From Leidyana gryllorum EB-2025a (Eukaryota; Protista; Apicomplexa), in assembly GCA_048772705.1 (NCBI GenBank), contig JBLWGC010000180.1, forward strand, positions 62,001 through 126,000: a DNA stretch of 64,000 nucleotides, written 5' to 3'. A model generated the notes under the pieces. That model had not been told where the DNA came from. It saw nothing but the letters and a program-made list of their open reading frames with translations, and made no database searches. The stretch's first letter is position 1, and every line of letters starts with the position of its first letter. Below are positions 13,401-22,500 of the stretch, one piece after another. Position numbers and translations under genes: made by a program.

Positions 13401-15079
13401 CCTTGCGGTTCCACTGTTGTCGATTCAGCCTCGGTTGTTTCGGATGAACCGGTAGCGTCAACAGAAATGGTGCTGTCGCCAGGCCCGGTGCCAGCGGCGG
13501 TGGTTTCCGGAACCGTAAGGACGGATTCAGTTCCTTGAGCCTCGACAGTTGTACTCACAGGATGAGTTGACTCAGAACCGCTCAAAGTAGCTGTGGTCTC
13601 GTCGCCTGTGACAGTGCTGACCATAGTGCTTTCCGACTGGGACAGAGTTGTGTCTGTGCCCATGAGTGGCGTCGTCGTTACGACTGCACTAGACGCAGTG
13701 GTGTCGGTAGGAGCGGTTTCGCTGGCAATGGTCGGAGTTGTATCCAGTGCGCTATCACTCGCAGGGGTTGAAGCTTCCGCGATCGTTGTCTCACTACTTT
13801 CACCGGATGATGCAGTCGTTTCGGCACCTGTTGCTGCTCCGAAACTCGTGCTGATAGGCTCCGTGAGTACAGTTTCAGTGCCCTGAGGCTGTACGGTTGT
13901 AGTTTGTGTTTCAGTGGATGGCATGGTGGTATCCACAAAGCCAGTCGAGTGCCAGGACAGGGTGGTACTCTCCGAGGGGGTACTTTCGAGAGAGGCGGTA
14001 CTTCCGGTCTCAGTGATCGGAGTGCTCGATGCTTCAGGCACAGTGGTACCGTCCGTCCCAGTGGCTTGAGTGGTCGGGGCAGGAGTGCTCAACAAGCCAC
14101 ATTCATTCTGTCTCATTGCATCAATGATCAATCCAAGTTCTCGGAACCACCCCTCAGCCTCATCAGCTGCTGCTAACACAAAATCGGAAGATTGACCGAA
14201 CAACTCGTTCATCCACTGCGCAGCTCCCAATGCTTGACCTTCGAGATATTCGGGACGAATTATGATCTGCGCGTAGTAGACTTGAGCATCCGCAAGCGCA
14301 TCGCGCACAGTGAAGGGGTCAGGGTAATACCTTTGGGAGCAGTAAGTATCAGCCATGTCCTCGTCGAATCCAGCACCCCACGCACTCAGTTGCGGATAAT
14401 CGGCTTGATCATAGTCGCCTTCAAAATGAGGGGGGGCGTCCGTGACCATTACCAACAGACGACTAGAAATGGTTCCCTGGTGCCAGTTGAAAGACTTCGG
14501 ACTCTGCAGCACTTCCATAACAGCGCCATACTGATTCTCCGGCCAGTCCCATCCACCGCCGACTGCTTCTGCCCCCAAAGGCCCCAAGAAGTCATTGGGG
14601 TCATCGGCGTTCAGAACATGTTTGCGCAAGCAGTAATCGTCCAGCTCTCCCAAGGTATTGATAGGTTTGTCTTTGAAAGTCGCCAGACTGAATTTGGAGC
14701 CTGGATGCTCGATAGGGATAGTGTTTGCTAATGCGGGGATTGTTTTCTCAATGGTGATCGCGAAATCTTGCTCAAACGATCCGGTAGAATCGTACAACAA
14801 AACCATGTCGATTGGGAAAGTACAATTGGACGGTTGCCTGACTGCCCAGTAGTCCGCAGCTAAGGCAGGGCTTGCGCTCTTAGACAAAGTTACTGGCACG
14901 CGGTGAGCGGGAATTCCATCCGCGAGTCCCGATCGAGCACCAGCAATGATGGAGCCCGCACTGCCATAGACTTCATAAGGCCCTTTATACTCGGCAAAAG
15001 ATGCTCGACCTTGGTGGCGATGCACACGACGACTTTCCACCAACGATGCAACAAGAAATACGTTCAGAAACGAAATCAT
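4478..15079 (-). CDS. Giant secreted adhesin/mucin: signal peptide, integrin-beta-like vWA domain, ~3200-aa Thr/Ser/Glu/Gly/Pro repeat stalk
   Basis: Uninterrupted 3533-aa ORF with a hydrophobic N-terminus (MISFLNVFLVASLVES). It has a MIDAS-like DSTGS and FKDKP / GGWDWPEN / VMVTDAPPH motifs typical of beta-I-like vWA domains. No C-terminal TM segment is visible. Confidence 0.85.
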   Translation of the reverse strand: MISFLNVFLVASLVESRRVHRHQGRASFAEYKGPYEVYGSAGSIIAGARSGLADGIPAHRVPVTLSKSASPALAADYWAVRQPSNCTFPIDMVLLYDSTGSFEQDFAITIEKTIPALANTIPIEHPGSKFSLATFKDKPINTLGELDDYCLRKHVLNADDPNDFLGPLGAEAVGGGWDWPENQYGAVMEVLQSPKSFNWHQGTISSRLLVMVTDAPPHFEGDYDQADYPQLSAWGAGFDEDMADTYCSQRYYPDPFTVRDALADAQVYYAQIIIRPEYLEGQALGAAQWMNELFGQSSDFVLAAADEAEGWFRELGLIIDAMRQNECGLLSTPAPTTQATGTDGTTVPEASSTPITETGSTASLESTPSESTTLSWHSTGFVDTTMPSTETQTTTVQPQGTETVLTEPISTSFGAATGAETTASSGESSETTIAEASTPASDSALDTTPTIASETAPTDTTASSAVVTTTPLMGTDTTLSQSESTMVSTVTGDETTATLSGSESTHPVSTTVEAQGTESVLTVPETTAAGTGPGDSTISVDATGSSETTEAESTTVEPQGTESVLTEPEATTPGETTVPGGSTTFGETTASGEATRSIETTVAVESTLSEEITSIETTAIETTASGASAMPDETTTSLESTLSTGSIEPETTTVEPQGTESVLTTPESTVGETTAPSASTSSAETTASVESTISDETTGLGESTISGGITAATESTISSELTVPGESTAPGESSISGETTAPVESTSASETTAPGETTISGPTTEPETTTVEPQGTESVVTEPETTVGETTSPSESTSAGETTAPGESTISGEITAPVESTISGETTAPGESTGLGETTMSGQTTEPETTTVEPQGTESVLTDPETTAPGESTISGEITAPGETTISGETTAPGETTLSGESTEPGTTTVEPQGTDSVVTEPETTAPGETTMPSETTAPGESTISGETTAPGETTLSGESTEPGTTTVEPQGTDSVVTEPETTAPGETTMPSETTAPGESTISGETTAPGESTMSGETTEPETTTVEPQGTESVVTEPETTVAETTAPGESTLSGETTAPGESTVSGETTAPGESTISGETTAPGETTLSGESTEPGTTTVEPQGTDSVVSEPETTAPGESTISGETTASGETTMPGETTAPGESTMSGETTEPETTTVEPQGTESVVTEPETTVAETTAPGESTVSGETTAPGETTVSGETTAPGESTLSGETTAPGESTISGETTAPGESTMSGDTTEPETTTVEPQGTDSVVTEPETTVGETTAPGESTVSGETTAPGESTISGDTTAPGESTVSGETTAPGESTISGDTTAPGESTVSGETTAPGESTMSGETTEPETTTVEPQGTESVVTEPETTVGETTAPGETTVSGETTAPGESTVSGETTAPCETTVSGETTAPGESTLSGETTAPGESTISGETTEPETTTVEPQGTESVVTEPETTVAETTAPGESTVSDETTAPGETTVSGETTAPGESTLSGETTAPGESTISGETTAPGESTVSGETTAPGESTMSGETTEPETTTVEPQGTDSVVTEPETTVGETTAPGESTVSGETTAPGESTISGDTTAPGESTVSGETTAPGESTISGDTTAPGESTISGETTAPGESTMSGETTEPETTTVEPQGTDSVVTEPETTVGETTAPGESTVSGETTAPGESTISGDTTAPGESTVSGETTAPGESTISGDTTAPGESTVSGETTAPGESTMSGETTEPETTTVEPQGTESVVTEPETTVGETTAPGETTVSGETTAPGESTVSGETTAPGETTVSGETTAPGESTLSGETTAPGESTISGETTEPETTTVEPQGTESVVTEPETTVDETTASGESTVSDETTAPGETTVSGETTAPGESTLSGETTAPGESTISGETTAPGESTMSGDTTEPETTTVEPQGTDSVVTEPETTVGETTAPGESTVSGETTAPGESTISGDTTAPGESTVSGETTAPGESTISGDTTAPGESTVSGETTAPGESTISGDTTAPGESTVSGETTAPGESTMSGETTEPETTTVEPQGTESVVTEPETTVGETTAPGETNVSGETTAPGESTVSGETTAPGETTVSGETTAPGESTLSGETTAPGETTVSGETTAPGESTLSGETTAPGESTISGETTEPETTTVEPQGTESVVTEPETTVAETTVAETTAPGESTVSDETTAPGETTVSGETTAPGESTLSGETTAPGESTISGETTAPGESTMSGDTTEPETTTVEPQGTDSVVTEPETTVGETTAPGESTVSGETTAPGESTISGDTTAPGESTISGDTTAPGESTVSGETTAPGESTISGDTTAPGESTVSGETTAPGESTMSGETTELETTTVEPQGTESVVTEPETTVGETTAPGETTVSGETTAPGESTVSGETTAPGETTVSGETTAPGESTLSGETTAPGESTISGETTEPETTTVEPQGTESVVTEPETTVDETTAPGESTVSGETTTPGESTISGETTAPGESTISGENTAPGESTISGETTAPGESTISGETTAPGESTMSGENTAPGESTISGETTAPGESTMSGETTEPETTTVEPQGTDSVVTEPETTVGETTVSGETTAPGETTMSGDTTAPGESTISGETTAPGESTISGETTEAATTTVEPQGTESVVTEPETTAPGETTAPGETTMSGETTMSGETTMSGETTMSGETTAPGESTISGEITAPGESTMLGETTEPETTTVEPQGTESVMTEPETTAPGETTMPGESTAPGESTISGETTAPGESTISGETSAPGETTMSGETTEHETTTVEPQGTESVVTEPETTAPGETTMSGETTALGESTSAGETTAPGESTVSGETTMSGPTTEPETTTVEPQGTESVGTQPETTVGETTAPGESTISGETSAPGETTISGETTEHETTTVEPQGTESVVTEPETTAPGETTMSGETTALGESTSAGETTAPGETTMAGETTALGESTSGGETTAPGESTVSGETTMSGPTTEPETTTVEPQGTESVVTQPETTVGETTAPGESTSEGETTAPGESTSEGETTAPGESTSGGETTAPGESTSEGETTAPGESTSAGETTGPAESTSEGETTPPGESTVPGETTISGQTTEPETTTVEPQGTESVVTQPETTVGETSASGESTSAGETTGPAESTSGGETTAPGDSTMSNGSTEGETTTVEPQGSESALTEPETTAPGESTSAGETTGPGEATSAGETTAPGESTSAAETTAPGESTSAGETTAPGESTSAGETTGPGETTSAGETTAPGESTSAAETTAPGESTPAAETTAPAESTSAAETTAPAESTPAAETTAPGESTSAAETTSAGETTAPETLSPSDATMSGTITNGETTTVEPQGTETVVTEPEATSFPETTAELGSTAATETTLFGETTAVSSPIESTSAADTTIASEEKTTAEPQASETTVTEPEVSVTDADSTQISVTETTVLEATTLQPQGTETVVTDPEVTITGAGSTQNTRTVSTDETEYSGAETTEDTTITQSTTYIPTRQPTFSMSEKTSTGEMTPTTTASSTSRTSTAGPSRQATMTMATTASV
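5080..13420 (-). repeat. Coding hierarchical tandem repeat: 18/36-bp units (GETTAP-GESTxS) punctuated by an 81-bp spacer (GETTEPETTTVEPQGTESVVTEPETTV)
   Basis: Directly visible. Spacer-to-spacer distances in the core are mostly 261, 297, 333 or 369 bp (81+36n). Confidence 0.97.
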
Positions 15080-15224
15080 TGAACTGAAGGAATCAGGAAG
15101 TTTTAAAAGAGGAGTTCCTTCGATAGAGAAGGAAGGTAGAGAGGGAAGGTAGAGAAGAGTACAATTATTTCAGATCAGAAGTACCATTACATGGAGACGT
15201 GTCTCGCGCACACACTCTGTCACA
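15080..15224. promoter_or_regulatory. Putative bidirectional promoter between the vWA mucin and the LCCL protein
   Basis: 145-bp head-to-head spacer containing the direct repeat GGAAGGTAGAGA (15131-15142, 15144-15155), the inverted GAGAC-gt-GTCTC (15194-15205) and GCACACAC. Confidence 0.45.
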
Positions 15225-18200
15225 ATGTTATGGCTCTATCTTCTCCTTCTTCGGAATGCAAGCCGAGCCACTCACCTCTCGTTCTCTTTCAAACAACTGT
15301 CCTCCGGATTGCTGGATTCCAGATCAGGTAAGATGACAGACGTTTGCCCCGAAACAAACAGTAGTACTGTCTGAGGTACAAGCCTTGACGTTGACGATCA
15401 AGACCAAATTGGAGGAACAAAACTCTTTGTTGCGGGAGGTTGGAGTGATGATGGAAAATGTGGACGTATCGCTGAAGACTGAGCATCCACTGATTGGTAC
15501 CGGTGTGCTTGTTGAATTATTCGAGCAAGGCGCGAGTCACCCCTTCTCGCGTTCCTTGTTGCCTTCGTTGAATGTGAACAGCTCAGTTCTCGCGGCAAAT
15601 GGTTTGAATACTCGGCAAGGACTCGGAATGCGTGTGTCTGGACGACTTATTCCCCCTCTGGTAAGTGGTAGGCTTCCCACTCCTTACCGTGTCTTGTAGA
15701 TTGGAAAAGCTTCCTTTCGGGTGCACGATCTCGAAACTGATCTGCGTGCCACACTTGATGATGAACAGATTGTGTCACTGCCAAGCCCTCCTGTGGAGAG
15801 TAGAGAGGTGGAGTCAGATCAGTTTGAGTTGAAAAGGGATGTTGAGACGGTATCGTTTGCCTTTTTGAGCGAAGGACTGAAAGGACAACCAGGTTTCCAT
15901 GTCACCATAGGACCTGCTGGCAAATCTGACGAGAGAGAGCTGCCGTCAGACCATCTACTGCCTAGTCGGCTTGGGCTCCCGATTTGTACCTCAACTGGAC
16001 CACTGGCTCCTGTCATTGACTGTGATACAACGTTTGAACAGTTCATGGCCATGTATAACACAAATCTTGAGAAAGCTCAGGAGGTGATGTGTCCTTCAAA
16101 GTGTTCTCAAACATCGAATAAGGAGGCCAAGGTGGCCGGAGATCAGTCGTGCTTCCATCCCAGCAGCTCGATATGTGAAGCCAGCAAAATTGCAGGCTTC
16201 CGAGGTCGTGGACGCATACAAATCGCGGCTCATCCCACTGACATCGGTCACTACTCTGGTAGGTGTTAGGCATGAGGGAGTTTGAGCTCTTGATCAGGCA
16301 AAACGAGTCCAAAACTGGCAGAAGCCTCGGCCTCCAATGGTGAGAAGTATTTACCGACCATAACATCCAGTTTAGAGTGCGCGAGCATCAGCGCTACGGA
16401 GTCTCGAGCCGCCCCTTATATCTTGTCTGATCTAATAACCCTGGACTCGAGCCAGCAATACACGACCCTTTCGTCTGATTATAACTCCCTAACCGACGGG
16501 CTGATCGGCAGGCCGCTAGACCCACTCGGAATACTGCTACCCGTCTTCGCTTATGATGGGCAAAGCTTCAACGACATACGTCTCATATGTGGCACGGCCT
16601 TCGACGGAACGGGGTGGCGAATCTATGCGATTACTCCGGAAGTGCAAGTTGCTCTGAAACCGCAGCCAGCAGCACACGACATCGCTTATCCTGTAATAGG
16701 GAATATTTTCTTAGCCAGTGAAGATAAAGGGGACATTATGACCCCAGCCCTTGGACTGCATGATCATGGCACGAGGCGGAGTCCTGGTGGCGCTTGGAAT
16801 CGGATGACTTGTCAACAGAATGGCCCACACATGTTGTATTATCAGGTGAGTAGGACGTTGTCGCCATGTGTAAACGCTCTCATCAGGTCCTAACAGAGCC
16901 CGTTGTGATGCAATTCGCCGACCTCTCGATCAATTGTGATACCACTTTTGCAGATCTCGCCGCCCGAGCTGACCTCGAAAATGAGTATGTAGCCAGATGC
17001 TCTGCAGATTGCGTAAGCTTGACACATTGGCTTCTCAAACCTGGAAATAGGCGTCCGAAAATCCTGTCAAAGGATTATTCGTGTACTCCGTGAGTCCCGG
17101 CTGTTTTCCCAGATACTAGATTCTGACCAGGGCGACTCCTCGGTATGCAAAGCTGCTATTCATGGTAAGCGAGCGACTTTCGTTCGGCTATCAAAGGTCT
17201 TCAGCCGGCGTTATCGGTCCGTCCGGAGGTGATGTTTCAATCACCCAGCTTTCCCAGATTGCGAATGTAACTCAGTCGACAGCAAGACATGGTGAGTGCT
17301 GATGCAGGAAATAAGAGTGCCGGTAGGAGTCACGAGTGAGCCTTTCTTCAACGGCCAGGAGGGATGGGCGTATGCGGTCGACGAACCCCGTGGCTTGTAT
17401 TGTACAGAAATGGACAAGAGAAAGTTGTCCACCGGAGATACAACTGAGGTCATGGAGGAAACTCCGAGCGGTCGGCAAGTCCCAGTGGATATCAGCAAGC
17501 CGATCACCCTCTCTTCTTTTGTTGAGCTCGGCTCAAATGAGCTTGGTTTCACCGGCTCAAATTTCTTGACCTCTCTCTCGTCCCTCTTCGACCGAGATCG
17601 CGCAGCCTTCAGTGACTTGCGAGGGGAGTTGAATGAGCTGGTTGCCAAGAACGAACAATTAGCCAGTCGTGTGCACAGGTACGGGAGCTACCCTTTGTGT
17701 CCTTGTGATATAATTGATCAGAATTGCGAAAGAGGCAACCGCCGCCATCAGCCAGCAGGTGAGATATGTCATCGTTTCGAGCGCGATACTGGGCCTCAGG
17801 AAGAAGGACTGATAAATTTGAGGAAGGTCTTGGACACTGCCCCCTCGCCGGTTGACAACCATTTGGTCACAAGTAAGAATCATAACTTCCTTCTGAGGCC
17901 GCTTTGTTCCATAGACGCTGCTCAAGCAAAGAATCTTTATGAGGAGTGGTCGATCTGGGACTCCAATGTCGCCGTCATGGGACCCTCACAGTGGACCATC
18001 AACTCTCAAGAGGACAGCATAGAACATCAGTCGTCTATTTTGTCTCCCAACGACACCAGCTTGGCCACAGTACTACTTTACGAAGCATCATTATACAACG
18101 AGGGTTTTGTGAGTGTGGCTCTCAGCTTTCAAGGAGGAGCTGAGCACGGAAAGGCGGGCATCGTGTACAATTACCGCGACCCTCGGAATTACATGGTACT

Positions 18201-19506
18201 AGAAATCGCGCGGCCACCAAGCTCTGCATCTCAGCTGTTGCTCGCATTCAGAGAAGTGTTGTAAGTGCAATATAGCAACATACAGGAATGAATAGGCTTT
18301 CGGTTGCAGTGAAGGCTCCGCTCACACCCTCGCCTCGAGGTCCTGTGAGATAGACAGTAGGGGAGAGACCAGTCTTCTGGTGGGCTTGGACTTCGGCCGA
18401 CTGAGTTCACGGTAAGATGAATTTACTTCGCCCCAAACAAATCGCTCAGAGTTATGATCAATGCAGACAGGCTTTGTGCCACGGGTTTCCTCATGGAACA
18501 GGTCCAACGGTCCCCTCAAGAGAGGTTCGGAAAAATTGGACTGACAACGAATGCCCTCTCCACCGACACCAAAGCAGTTTTCGCCAATCTTCTCTTCGGC
18601 CCGCTGGACGCGGAGGCCGAGCTTGCAATGACCTCTCTCGGCCCGAGTAGGTTCAAAGATTACATCGCCGTCATCTTTTCCGTCAGTTATATCTCATGGT
18701 CTCGAGCTACCTGTGGCAGCAAATTTGGTGTCCATCGGGAACGGCAGGGATGTTGCAGCAGGCTCTCGATCCGAGCTCAAGGCAGCAGACCGCGCAGCAG
18801 AACAGGTGCTGAGCAAGCAAACCATTGAGGTGCTAGGGGTAGACGGAACCGCGAGTGAACAAGAAGAATGTGTGAGGCAGTTCAACCACCCAATGCAAGA
18901 CGCCGAGGCCTTCCAAAAGTACTGGACGGCCCCACCACTCGGGACCCGGGATATATGGCTTGGTACAGGTGGTCGTATCTCAGCATCACGACCACTTGCG
19001 AGTCCTGATGCACCTCTTTCAATTTCCGTGGCCCTCTTGCGAAACGTTATATGCTCGGAAGCTGATATCTTGACGATCGAGAGTCAGATCAAGCTAGAGC
19101 AGAAATCAGCTGGCGGAATTGTTTTCCGAGTGCTTGGATCTGATATGATGCAGGCTCTCGTCATTGATAGTGACACCGTACGCTCAGATTCCCTGCTGAT
19201 TAGGCATCTTCGCATAGCAAACGCTGATGTTGAAGTCGTTGACGAGGTAGGCTGGAAATGTTGTCATGTATATGTTTTCAGCTGCTTGTGGATTTCGCTG
19301 AGTCCCATGCGAACCTTCGTTCTAGAAATATGACTTTGTTGGATAGAGGCACATCGATCCAACTGCTAGTGGACTCGGTTCCGTTGATGTATTTAGACGA
19401 GAGGCCCCTCGTCAGACCTCAACAAATCGGTCTGGCGACGATGTCGGGTCACGTCAGCTGGTCCAAAGTCCACATAGATCAGCTTCAAGACTCAGGAGCC
19501 GAGTAA
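15225..19506 (+). CDS. Secreted multidomain LCCL-type adhesive protein (CCp/LAP-like) with C-terminal lectin/levanase-like beta domains, multi-intron
   Basis: Signal-like start MLWLYLLLLR. Two LCCL-like modules (CDTTF..CPSKC..SSICEAS; CDTTF..CSADC..SSVCKAAIH). Later segments (GKAGIVYNYRDPRNYMVLEI, AGGIVFRV) resemble concanavalin/levanase-like folds. Exons link through ~36-40-nt GT-AG introns. Confidence 0.55.
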
Positions 19507-19521
19507 CGGATCGACACTTAT

Positions 19522-22500
19522 TTACTCACTTTCCTTCTGTACATCAGATCCACGGGCACAAATGTTGCCGTGGAGCTGCTCAAAGAAGACAAAGACATCC
19601 TGGAGGATCCGAAGCAGTGGAACCATCTCTCTTCTTGAAGACGGGAAGTCCCTCCCTGTGGCAGAATCCAGCTGTGAAGAACTCAAAGCTCGGCACCGTT
19701 GATGATGAACATACCACTTCAGGAGCGTGATTGAACCATGAAACATCGAGATCGTCCGGAACCCATCGGCTGACCACACGTTTAGTTGGGCGACCACCAA
19801 GATCAAGGCTACAGATCCATTGATGAAGGAATGAGATACATACTCCAGCGATCAGCTGAGGAAAGGATGAAAATGAGTCCACCAGCAAATACATTCCTAC
19901 TTGATTCTCACGGTCCGCTGTCAATGGTATGTGGAGTTGGTTCGAACGCTCCAATTCTGCACAGCGATTACGGAAGGTGTTGCCGATACACTGAGATGCT
20001 TCGGTCCATGCGAAATTCTGTACCCTAGTCGAAAGCAGGGACACAGGCCAACTCACTATGATCTCTATGTGCGATGTACAAAGAATGCTGTCGGGCTCCA
20101 GAAGCACACTCCGAGAGAATTCCAGGTCCCACAAATCTTTCACTGAGCTGTGATATTCTTTTGCTCCATTTTCAGCATCGATCTTGTGTAAGTGGTCCAT
20201 TAGCTTTTTAATAGGACAAATGGCAATAGATACATTGCTCGTCGATGAGTCAGGGTCGGACCTTTCTGTCTCAGGTTCTGAGCCGACCAGGAGTCTCTTG
20301 TCGTTGAGAATCGAAACAGCTTTTTTGAGGAAATCCGTTGGCGGGAGAGGTGAAAGAACACTGATGACGCCACCTCGCGGCGATGGGATCGTTGTTCTCC
20401 ATGTCACCGAGGAATCCTGTTGCGGCCTGTCGACCTCGTTGCTGAAGTGGGCCTCCCAAGTGAGGGGAGGTATGTGAGGCGAGACGCAAACACCATTGTT
20501 GTTTTTCGAGCCGTTACTCTCGTCAACATGGTGTTCATCTGAGGAGGTCCAGTCGGTATCGACATCTGGTATTGGATGTACCGCTGCAGAGGTCGTTCCG
20601 TCAACATTGGCATTTGGTATTGAATGTACCACTGCAGATCATATTGTGGAGACGCAAGAATACTCACCTCCGTACACCGCTATGCGGAAGAGCGCACGAA
20701 CGAAAGCCTCCCGGTAGGATTGGTCCATTGGCTGAACTATCGGCAGGAGACGTCTGGCTAAGTCTTTCACTATGGTTGCCTCGTACTCCTCCCGCAGATT
20801 TGGGGGCGCGAAATCAATCTCCTCTCGACACCACGACAGATATCCCAGCACCACCGGTGCAAAGCTTTGGTCATTGGTCGGCTTCCTAAAGGGTGGGATC
20901 ATACGATGTGGAGCCGCCACTCGGTTCAATAAATTGGAGCATTCCTGGGGGGTGGGAACGATGAGGAGCTGTGGTAACCATTTTGGCCAAGGTTGTTCGT
21001 GAAAAAGACGAGTTATCAACTCGCAGATGCCGTGAGGACAGATCTCGCCCAAGGTACCGCCACGGAAGCGGAAGGACAGCAGTGGATAGCCGGCTGCGAT
21101 GGTACTGTGGAGCATCAAGTACACTGCCTCAATGATCTCGTTGTTGACGAAGCGAGAACCCCTCAAAAAATCTTCGAAGCTCTCTTCCCGACCTTGATGC
21201 TTGAAGATGGGCCACCATACATCGTAGTCATATATTGCACGAAGCAGTGCAGAAGCCTGAGAATGATGCATGAGAAGCCAGGATTGAGAACGTGGTATCT
21301 CACCACTGCCCGTGTCTGACGAGGGGCGAAGCTCGTGGTATGAATGGGCATAATGACGTACTCCGGGAAGGGGAATTTGGAAAATAGCGAATGCGACGCG
21401 AAAGGGACGACTCGAGATGGGGAGGCACTTCCGCCTCGGTCCAGATAATCCAAAGGAGGTCGAATCTCCTGTTCCGCTCGCACCAGACCCTGAAACGGAA
21501 TACTCAGTCACCCACTTTCAATCTCACCCCTGCCTCGTCTTCTGTGTGTAACACCCATTTGTCAAAATACAACGATGTTAATCTCCACGTTTGGGGGCGG
21601 TGATTGCTACAGGATCTCTTGTACACGGCATAGATGGACGGCAGGAGAGAGTGGCAGTACAGAATCCGCAGAATACTCGCCATGAGCTCCCCGAAATGGA
21701 CTGCGGTATTGAAACATTGTATCAATCTACGGACCTTTCTCACCTCCTCGACCCCCTTGTACCAGTGGGAGTAAAGCCGTTTGCAAAGCGGGAGATTTCT
21801 TTCGCCGACTCTGCAGGTCTTCCAAAACGGGGCTATCCCCAATCCGTCGATGAATATCCACCCCATGTACGAAGACATACGACAAGATCTGAGTCATGAA
21901 GTAGCTAATGTATGCGACAATGTCCTCGTGGCTTTTGAGGAAACAGGGCAAGTCGTTCTCGTCAGAAGGGTAAGCCGGGGGTCGCAACATGGTTGGCAGG
22001 GACGGAGACCGCGGCTTGAGAGGACACCCGACGAAAGGGGAGAGTAGTTGTTCAGAGTAACCTCTTCTGCTATATAGATCGATCGACGACGGGATCCAGA
22101 TGCTGCGGTTGAGCCGCCACCAATCCACCGTTGTGGCTATACGAACGGGCTGCCGCTGAGAACACAATTGTGACTGACTGAAGATACGGGATGCACTGCT
22201 ACTAACCAGGAAAAGGAGGTATCCTGTTCCTTGCTGTGTCTCGGAGATGAAAGTGTTACAGGTGGCTCCCCCCGAGCGACAAATGTCGATGGCAGGGGTT
22301 GAGATGGTCACTGGCTGTACCATCACTGGAGTGGAGGTGTCAAATTGCTGAACCATTTGAGTGTCAGCGGACTCTTCGATGAACTTATTCTCGCGAGTTC
22401 CAACGTCCATCAGGTTTGCGGGCAGCGGCCCAACGATTGTGGCATCGAGAGGAGTATTGGTCTGTCATCAGCCATATGATTGGTGGTTGTTACTTCCTAC

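Noticed and set aside
5080-13420. Repeat-spacer periodicity resembling a CRISPR array
   Set aside because: The intervening sequences are themselves repeats, the whole tract is in-frame coding, the context is eukaryotic and there are no cas genes.
4923-13886. Dozens of overlapping and antisense ORFs (VVSPGAVVS.., RPLLLVN.., up to 534 aa) over the mucin
   Set aside because: These are shadows of a repeat unit that lacks stops in other frames. The main antisense frame is cut by TGA at essentially every spacer.
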